Below, piece by piece: positions 27,075 to 32,514 of a stretch of 32,514 nucleotides of DNA (the first letter of the stretch is position 1; every line of letters begins with the position of its first letter). The DNA is taken from contig CAZGVV010000016.1 of assembly GCA_964529155.1 (NCBI GenBank), positions 1 through 32,514 on the forward strand, in the 5' to 3' direction. Under the pieces are notes generated by a model. That model worked only from the letters and a program-made list of their open reading frames with translations. It was not told where the DNA came from and did not search any database. Origin of the DNA: an uncultured Rickettsiales bacterium (lineage in GTDB: Bacteria > Pseudomonadota > Alphaproteobacteria > Rickettsiales > SXRF01). The translations under genes and the position numbers were made by a program.

Positions 27075-27374
27075 ATGCGGATTATTTCCCGGAAAACTTT
27101 ACGCGATTTTTGGCAAAAGCCAGCTTATAAAGACGCCGAAAAGCCCTTAAAAGCTTGGTTTAAAACAGTCGCAGCAGCCGATTGGCCGCATGCGCAAGCC
27201 ATTAAAGAAGTGTTTCGGAGTGCGAGTTTTGTAGGAGATAACCGGGTTGTTTTTAATATTGCGGGAAATAAATATCGTATCATTGTTAAAATTAACTATC
27301 CCTACCGAGTGGTCTATATTCGCTTTGTAGGGACGCATCGGCAATATGATGCCATAGACGCTAAGGAGATGTGA
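27075..27374 (+). CDS. higB: HigB-type toxin (RelE/ParE superfamily)
   Basis: MRIISRKTLRDFW...AWF......W....D.K..F.SA......RVVFNI.GNKYR is the HigB pattern I recognise, in 99 aa. The toxin-first gene order is typical of hig loci. Confidence 0.85.
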   Translation: MRIISRKTLRDFWQKPAYKDAEKPLKAWFKTVAAADWPHAQAIKEVFRSASFVGDNRVVFNIAGNKYRIIVKINYPYRVVYIRFVGTHRQYDAIDAKEM

Positions 27375-27376
27375 GG

Positions 27377-27727
27377 ATGGAAATTGTACCTATAAAAACC
27401 ACACGTGATTATAAGCGCACGCTTAAAGAAATCGATCATTTAATGGACGCCAAGCCCAATACCCCGGAAGGGGACCGGCTTGATGTGTTAGTAACGCTGG
27501 CAGAAGCATGGGAAGAAAAGCACTATCCAATTAATGCATCAGACCCTGTATCTGCCATTCACTTCGTAATGGAGCAGCGAGGTATGTCGCGCCGGGATTT
27601 GGAAATATATATTGGTAGTCGTGCGCGTGTAGCGGAAGTATTAAATGGTCGCCGTCCGCTCACATTGCCCATGATTCGCCGACTTTATGATGGGCTTGGG
27701 ATTCCGGCGGATATATTGATTCAATAA
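27377..27727 (+). CDS. higA: HigA-type antitoxin (HTH, XRE family)
   Basis: It has a C-terminal HTH (MSRRDLEIYIGSRARVAEVLNGRRPLTLPMIRRL). AAGGAG lies 8 nt upstream of the ATG at 27377. The track ORF starts at a GTG at 27371. Confidence 0.85.
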   Translation: MEIVPIKTTRDYKRTLKEIDHLMDAKPNTPEGDRLDVLVTLAEAWEEKHYPINASDPVSAIHFVMEQRGMSRRDLEIYIGSRARVAEVLNGRRPLTLPMIRRLYDGLGIPADILIQ

Positions 27728-27728
27728 G

Positions 27729-28283
27729 TTACTTTCCCGCCAAATGCTTCCATCCGGTCTGCAAATATGCATAGCCCGTTACCAAGGTCAGCCCCGCAGC
27801 GAGCCAGAGCATCCACCAGCCAAGCATAGAGGCGTTGAGCCAGTCGGGGGCCCCGGGGCCGAGGAGGAGGAGGAAGATGGCGGTCATCTGCACGCCGGTT
27901 TTCCATTTGGCCAGGCGTGATACCGGCATGCTCACCCGGATCTCCGCTAAAAATTCGCGCAAGCCCGACACCAGAATTTCACGGCACACAATGGCCACCG
28001 CCGGAATTACCGCCGCACTTCCCGCACCCACCAACAGGACCAATGCGGTGGCGACCAATAGCTTATCAGCAATAGGATCAAGGAAGCGGCCGATGGCGGA
28101 TTGGGCTTGCCACATGCGGGCAAAATAGCCGTCCAGCCAGTCGGTGATGCTGGCCAGCATAAACAACCCGGCGCAGAAAATATATGCGTTGGGGCTGTCG
28201 CGGTCGAACGCCGCCACCAATGCCGGAATCATCAGCATACGGAAGTAGGTCAGGTAGTTAGGCAGGTTCTTACGGAAGCTCAT
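27729..28283 (-). CDS. pgsA: CDP-diacylglycerol--glycerol-3-phosphate 3-phosphatidyltransferase
   Basis: It has the CDP-alcohol phosphotransferase motif DWLDGYFAR....S..G...DPIADK. Its ATG overlaps the cysA stop (ATGA). Confidence 0.9.
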   Translation of the reverse strand: MSFRKNLPNYLTYFRMLMIPALVAAFDRDSPNAYIFCAGLFMLASITDWLDGYFARMWQAQSAIGRFLDPIADKLLVATALVLLVGAGSAAVIPAVAIVCREILVSGLREFLAEIRVSMPVSRLAKWKTGVQMTAIFLLLLGPGAPDWLNASMLGWWMLWLAAGLTLVTGYAYLQTGWKHLAGK

Positions 28284-29473
28284 TCAAACACTCTCACATT
28301 TTTCGGGCGTACAAACAAGCGGGTGTTTTTAACAATTCCCAGCTCATCCACGATATGCTTGGGCGTTTCCGATTGCAAAATAGAGCCATTGCCCCGTTGC
28401 AACTCCAATTTTACCAGGGCTCCTGCCGGGTTGACGTGGGTGACGGTGACCGGAATATACTCCATTCCGGCTTCGGGCTGGCGTGTCACGAACATCTCAT
28501 GTGGTCGGGCGAATACCCGAACCGGCGTGCCGCGCGCCGAAAGCATAGCCGACCGGAGTTGTTTCCCCGGAATAGGGGGCAAAGGCGTCAGGGGTTTAGC
28601 GGGCCGAAATTTACGCAGCAACGCTCCGACTTCCGGGTAGCGCGCCAGCAGCCCGCGTTGTTCCGGGGTGGGGGCGGGTGTTTCGGCTTCCCATAAATCA
28701 TCCTCGGCCAGGTGCACTTTGCCATGCTCGTCTTTCCACCCTGCGAATTCATTGTAATTGCCGAGGAAATCATAAACGAACCCATTGGCGGGTTGGTGGT
28801 ACACTACTTCCGGCGACCCGGCTTGCTCGATTTTTCCTTGATTCATCACTACCACACGGTCTGCTACTTCCATGGCTTCTTCCTGATCATGGGTGACAAA
28901 AATGCTGGTGATGCGAATGTCGTCATGCAGGCGCCGCAGCCACCGCCTGAGTTCGCTACGCACCTTAGAATCCAGTGCGCCGAACGGTTCATCCAGCAGC
29001 AATACTTTTGGTTCCACCGCAAGCGTACGGGCAAGTGCGACGCGTTGCCGCTGGCCGCCGGAGAGTTCAGCCGGATAGCGGCTATAAAATTGTTCCAGAT
29101 GCACCAGCGCCAGCAACTCCATTACCCGGCTGCGAATCTGTGCAGGCGTTGGGCGATGCGCGCGCGGGCGCACACGCAAACCAAACGCAACATTTTCAAA
29201 CACAGTCATGTGCTTGAACAACGCATAATGCTGAAACACGAATCCTACGTGCCGCTCACGCACCGGCATGCGGCTGGCGGGTTTTCCGCCGATCCACACT
29301 TCGCCAGCGTCGGCTTTTTCCAGCCCGGCGATGATGCGAAGCAGCGTGGTTTTCCCCGATCCCGATGGCCCGAGGAGCGCAACTAATTCACCTTCGCCGA
29401 CTTCCAGGCTTACATCATTCAGCGTAACATAATCGCCGAAATGCTTGGTAATGTGTTGGGCAGTGATGCTCAT
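28280..29473 (-). CDS. cysA: sulfate/thiosulfate ABC transporter ATP-binding protein
   Basis: Walker [10 protein letters not shown], signature [13 protein letters not shown] and Walker B LLLDEP are present. The N-terminal two-thirds is closely similar to E. coli CysA, and the C-terminal regulatory region carries a Pro-rich insert. Confidence 0.9.
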   Translation of the reverse strand: MSITAQHITKHFGDYVTLNDVSLEVGEGELVALLGPSGSGKTTLLRIIAGLEKADAGEVWIGGKPASRMPVRERHVGFVFQHYALFKHMTVFENVAFGLRVRPRAHRPTPAQIRSRVMELLALVHLEQFYSRYPAELSGGQRQRVALARTLAVEPKVLLLDEPFGALDSKVRSELRRWLRRLHDDIRITSIFVTHDQEEAMEVADRVVVMNQGKIEQAGSPEVVYHQPANGFVYDFLGNYNEFAGWKDEHGKVHLAEDDLWEAETPAPTPEQRGLLARYPEVGALLRKFRPAKPLTPLPPIPGKQLRSAMLSARGTPVRVFARPHEMFVTRQPEAGMEYIPVTVTHVNPAGALVKLELQRGNGSILQSETPKHIVDELGIVKNTRLFVRPKNVRVFE

Positions 29474-29555
29474 ATAGGTGAAAAAATAATGTGAGTTCGT
29501 GGAGTATTATTAGCGTTAATATACGAAAAATCCATCATCTGCTGCCCTTTATTGT

Positions 29556-30338
29556 TTAAAACCGCTTGGCAACAACGGCCTTCACGCCCAGCGTTACCAC
29601 CGCTAATGCGCTGAGCAGGCTGGCTACGGCGAAGGCGCCAATGAAATTATAATCATTATAGAGCGCTTCCACATGCAGGGGGATGGTGTTGGTCTCACCG
29701 CGTATGTGCCCCGATACCACGGAAACCGCGCCGAATTCGCCCATGGCGCGGGCGTTGGTAAGCAACACACCGTAGAGGAGCGCCCATTTTACATTTGGTA
29801 ACGTGACACGCCAAAACGCCTGCCACCCGTTTGCACCAAGCATAATCGCGGCTTCTTCTGCTTCGGTGCCTTGCTCTTCCATAAAGGGAATAAGTTCGCG
29901 GGCAACAAAGGGAAAGGTGATAAATAAGGTGGCGAGCACAAGTCCTGGCACTGCGAAAATAATTTGCACTCCATGGGCCACAAGCCATCCGCCAAGTGTG
30001 CTATTAGCGCCGAGCAAGAGCACGAAAATCAATCCGGCGATAACGGGTGATACCGAAAAAGGAAGCTCAATCAGCGCGACCAAGAAGCGCTTTCCCGCGA
30101 ATTCAAATTTAGCGATCGCCCATGCAGTGCAAAGGCCGAATACGCAGTTGAGTGGTACGGCGATGGCGGCAACCAGTAAGGTGAGTTTAATCGCTGCCAG
30201 CGCATCTGGTTCTGTGAGGGCTGCCATATACATGCCCACGCCACCACGAAACGCTTCAATAAACACGGTAATGAGCGGCAGCACCACCAATCCGCCGAGA
30301 AAGAGCAAGGTGATGGCGATTAAGATGCGGCGTGTCAT
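29556..30338 (-). CDS. cysW: sulfate ABC transporter permease CysW
   Basis: It is a multi-TM permease with an EAA-loop-like segment, in second permease position between cysT and cysA. Confidence 0.85.
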   Translation of the reverse strand: MTRRILIAITLLFLGGLVVLPLITVFIEAFRGGVGMYMAALTEPDALAAIKLTLLVAAIAVPLNCVFGLCTAWAIAKFEFAGKRFLVALIELPFSVSPVIAGLIFVLLLGANSTLGGWLVAHGVQIIFAVPGLVLATLFITFPFVARELIPFMEEQGTEAEEAAIMLGANGWQAFWRVTLPNVKWALLYGVLLTNARAMGEFGAVSVVSGHIRGETNTIPLHVEALYNDYNFIGAFAVASLLSALAVVTLGVKAVVAKRF

Positions 30339-31168
30339 GTGCGCCTGCGCTGTAAATGCCGCTGCAGGCGTTGGATGAGTAGCAATAAGAGGAAAGAGGC
30401 AAGTAACATGATGATCGCAATAGCAGAGGCTTCCGCCACATTGAATTGTTCAATTTTTATCGCGATCAGCAAGGGCACGATTTCGGATTTCATCGGCAAA
30501 TTTCCAGCGATGAAAATGACCGAGCCATATTCCCCAAGACCACGCGCGAAGGAGAGTGCAAATCCTGTAGCGAGTGCAGGCAACAATGCAGGCAGTAATA
30601 CGCGCGAAAATGTTTGCCAGCGTGTTGCTCCCAGCGCGGCGGCTGCTTCTTCCAACTCGCCGTCAATATCTTCAATTACCGGCTGCACGGTGCGCACCAT
30701 AAACGGCAAGCCGGTGAACATCAGTGCAACTAAAATGCCCAGCGGCGTGAAGGCGATTTTGATGCCCAAGGGTGTGAAGAATTGTCCGATCCATCCCTGC
30801 GGAGCCAATAACGAAGAAAGTGCAATACCGGCAACGGCGGTAGGTAGTGCAAACGGCAAATCCACTATGGCATCGGCAATGCGCCGGCCGGGGAACTGGT
30901 AGCGGACGAGCACCCAGGCGATAATAAGCCCGAACACACCGTCAATCGCTGCCGCTATAAAGCTAATGCCAAAACTGAGTTCAAACGCATGTAATACGCG
31001 TGCATGGGTGACCGCTTTGACCATCGGCTGCCAACCTAAATGCGCCGCCTCCGCAAAGAGACAGGCCAGTGGCAGCAATACGATAAGGCTGGTATAAAGC
31101 AGCGTAAGCCCCAGCGTTAATCCAAAGCCGGGAAGGACGGAGGGTTTTTTGAGAAGAAGATAGGCCAA
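30335..31168 (-). CDS. cysT: sulfate ABC transporter permease CysT
   Basis: It is a multi-TM permease (..EEAAAALGA..WQTF..V.LP) in first permease position, overlapping cysW by 4 nt. Confidence 0.85.
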   Translation of the reverse strand: MAYLLLKKPSVLPGFGLTLGLTLLYTSLIVLLPLACLFAEAAHLGWQPMVKAVTHARVLHAFELSFGISFIAAAIDGVFGLIIAWVLVRYQFPGRRIADAIVDLPFALPTAVAGIALSSLLAPQGWIGQFFTPLGIKIAFTPLGILVALMFTGLPFMVRTVQPVIEDIDGELEEAAAALGATRWQTFSRVLLPALLPALATGFALSFARGLGEYGSVIFIAGNLPMKSEIVPLLIAIKIEQFNVAEASAIAIIMLLASFLLLLLIQRLQRHLQRRRT

Positions 31169-31171
31169 GCG

Positions 31172-31513
31172 CTATCTCTTCCGCCCCACACCCCGCGCCG
31201 GTGGGCCGTCTACTTCCAGTGTGACGCTGCCGGTTTCGGTGCCTTTGCAGGTGTCCAGCGTTACGATTTCCATGGTGTGCAGGGAACCGGGTTTGCGCAG
31301 TACGGCGTAGGTTTCCTGGGGATGGATGATGAGGGTTTCGACTTCGCCGCGGCCTTTTAAATCCAGGGCACTTCGGGCGCATGTTCTGTGCTTTCCGTGC
31401 TCCAGCGTCACATATACGGCCAGGCCGATAACTCCCAGTAAGACCACGCCAAGCGAAATTGCTAGCAATTTCAGGCTAAATGCGCTCTGTTCCTGATTCA
31501 TGAGTTCCCCCAA
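31172..31513 (-). CDS. small membrane-anchored hypothetical protein upstream of cysT
   Basis: It has one N-terminal TM helix (LKLLAISLGVVLLGVIGLAVYV) followed by a ~70-aa tail. It ends 3 nt before cysT. An alternative start is MNQEQ at 31501. Confidence 0.45.
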   Translation of the reverse strand: MGELMNQEQSAFSLKLLAISLGVVLLGVIGLAVYVTLEHGKHRTCARSALDLKGRGEVETLIIHPQETYAVLRKPGSLHTMEIVTLDTCKGTETGSVTLEVDGPPARGVGRKR

Positions 31514-32456
31514 ACGGCATAATATCGTTATTACCCCAACACTTGCTGGCGAGCGGCTGGACCGGGCGATTGTCGCCGGGGTTCCCGAGCTGTCGCGTAG
31601 CCGTGTGCAATCGCTGATCGAGCTTGGTCAGGTGACCCTGCTTGCCCCGACCGGCGTTAAGAGCGTAACTGATCCGGCGGTGAAGGTCAAACCGGGGCAG
31701 ATTTTCTGTGTTTCCGTACCTGAAGCAGCACCCAGCCATATTGAAGCACAGGATATTACGCTTGATGTGGTGTATGAGGATGCGCATTTACTGGTCATCA
31801 ATAAGCAGGCGGGTATGACCGTCCACCCGGCGCCTGGCAGCCCGGACAGTACGCTGGTGAACGCGCTGCTGGCCCATTGCGGCGATACGCTGTCAGGCAT
31901 TGGCGGCGTGGCACGTCCCGGGATTGTGCACCGCCTGGATAAGGAAACCAGTGGCTTGATGGTGGTGGCCAAACATGACAATGCGCACCATGCGCTGTCG
32001 GATCAATTACAGGACCGGACGCTCTCGCGCATTTACCGCGCGGTGGTGTGGGGTGCGCCGGTGCAGGCCAAGGGAACGGTGGTGGGTAATATTGGCCGCC
32101 ACCCCAAACACCGCCAGCGCATGGCCGTACTCACCAAAGGCGGGCGCGAGGCGACAACGCATTACACGGTGCTGGAGCGTTTTGGGCCGGATGCAGCGAA
32201 GCCGCTAGCGTCACTCATTGAATGCAAGCTGGAAACCGGGCGCACGCACCAAATTCGCGTGCATATGAAACATATCAACCTGCCACTGGTCGGGGACCCG
32301 GTTTATGGAAAAAAAGGTGCGCCGGATATGGGCCTGCCTCGTCAGGCCTTGCATGCGTTCCGCTTGGCCTTTATCCACCCTGCGAATAACGCGCTAATGC
32401 AATTTGAGGCGCCACTTCCCGAGGATATGAAGGCATTACTGGAAAAATTACGCTAA
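31500..32456 (+). CDS. rluD: 23S rRNA pseudouridine synthase, RluD/RluA family
   Basis: It has an N-terminal S4 domain (GERLDRAI...SRSRVQSLIELGQV) and the catalytic motif HRLDKETSGLMVVAK. Confidence 0.9.
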   Translation: MSSPKRHNIVITPTLAGERLDRAIVAGVPELSRSRVQSLIELGQVTLLAPTGVKSVTDPAVKVKPGQIFCVSVPEAAPSHIEAQDITLDVVYEDAHLLVINKQAGMTVHPAPGSPDSTLVNALLAHCGDTLSGIGGVARPGIVHRLDKETSGLMVVAKHDNAHHALSDQLQDRTLSRIYRAVVWGAPVQAKGTVVGNIGRHPKHRQRMAVLTKGGREATTHYTVLERFGPDAAKPLASLIECKLETGRTHQIRVHMKHINLPLVGDPVYGKKGAPDMGLPRQALHAFRLAFIHPANNALMQFEAPLPEDMKALLEKLR

Positions 32457-32514
32457 CATTATATAGTTATTCCACTTTACCATTATACATGGCTGCAAAG
32501 AGTGTTTTCTGCGC

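Noticed and set aside
28500-28760. The Pro-rich insert of about 50 aa in the C-terminal regulatory part of CysA.
   Set aside because: The C-terminal regions of CysA-type ATPases are variable. Without an alignment I cannot show that the insert is unusual.
32492-32514. An ATG-initiated frame (MAAKSVF...) at the right edge, possibly the start of the next gene.
   Set aside because: Only 7 codons are visible, so there is no basis for a call.

Overview
The window looks like an alphaproteobacterial chromosome segment. The cues are a MipZ-type ATPase, the order glyA-nrdR-ribD-ribE-ribBA-ribH-nusB-thiL, hflKC-degP, and divergent miaA/serB. It is densely packed with housekeeping genes, mostly on the minus strand: thiL, nusB, the rib operon, nrdR, glyA, rpiB, mreB, leuA, ilvC-ilvH-ilvB, miaA, degP, hflC, hflK, pgsA and cysAWT. 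On the plus strand are mipZ, murJ, serB, an Mrp-like ATPase and rluD. I found no rRNA, tRNA, CRISPR array, transposase or integrase.

The unusual part is what is wedged into this conserved backbone:
- Three type II toxin-antitoxin modules (Phd/PIN, RHH/Doc, HigBA) sit between housekeeping genes. Each has a promoter-like hexamer pair ending 6-7 nt before its start codon.
- Five visibly AT-rich ORFans are present. Four are co-oriented with, and tightly or translationally coupled to, the operon that hosts them.
- One ORFan sits on a roughly 1.2-kb AT-rich segment that entered the last codons of ilvC. It carries a synonymous replacement of the ilvC tail, and the native tail survives as a fossil.
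- One wedge gene is a four-helix-bundle protein of the 23S-rRNA intervening-sequence family. It is bracketed by inverted arrays of an 8-bp tandem repeat, and a cargo-less array of the same repeat family fills the ilvH-ilvC spacer.
- About 480 nt of hairpin-dense, non-AT-rich sequence without a credible ORF lies downstream of mreB. I could not assign it to a known RNA class.

All family assignments come from motifs I recognise in the supplied translations. No searches were run.
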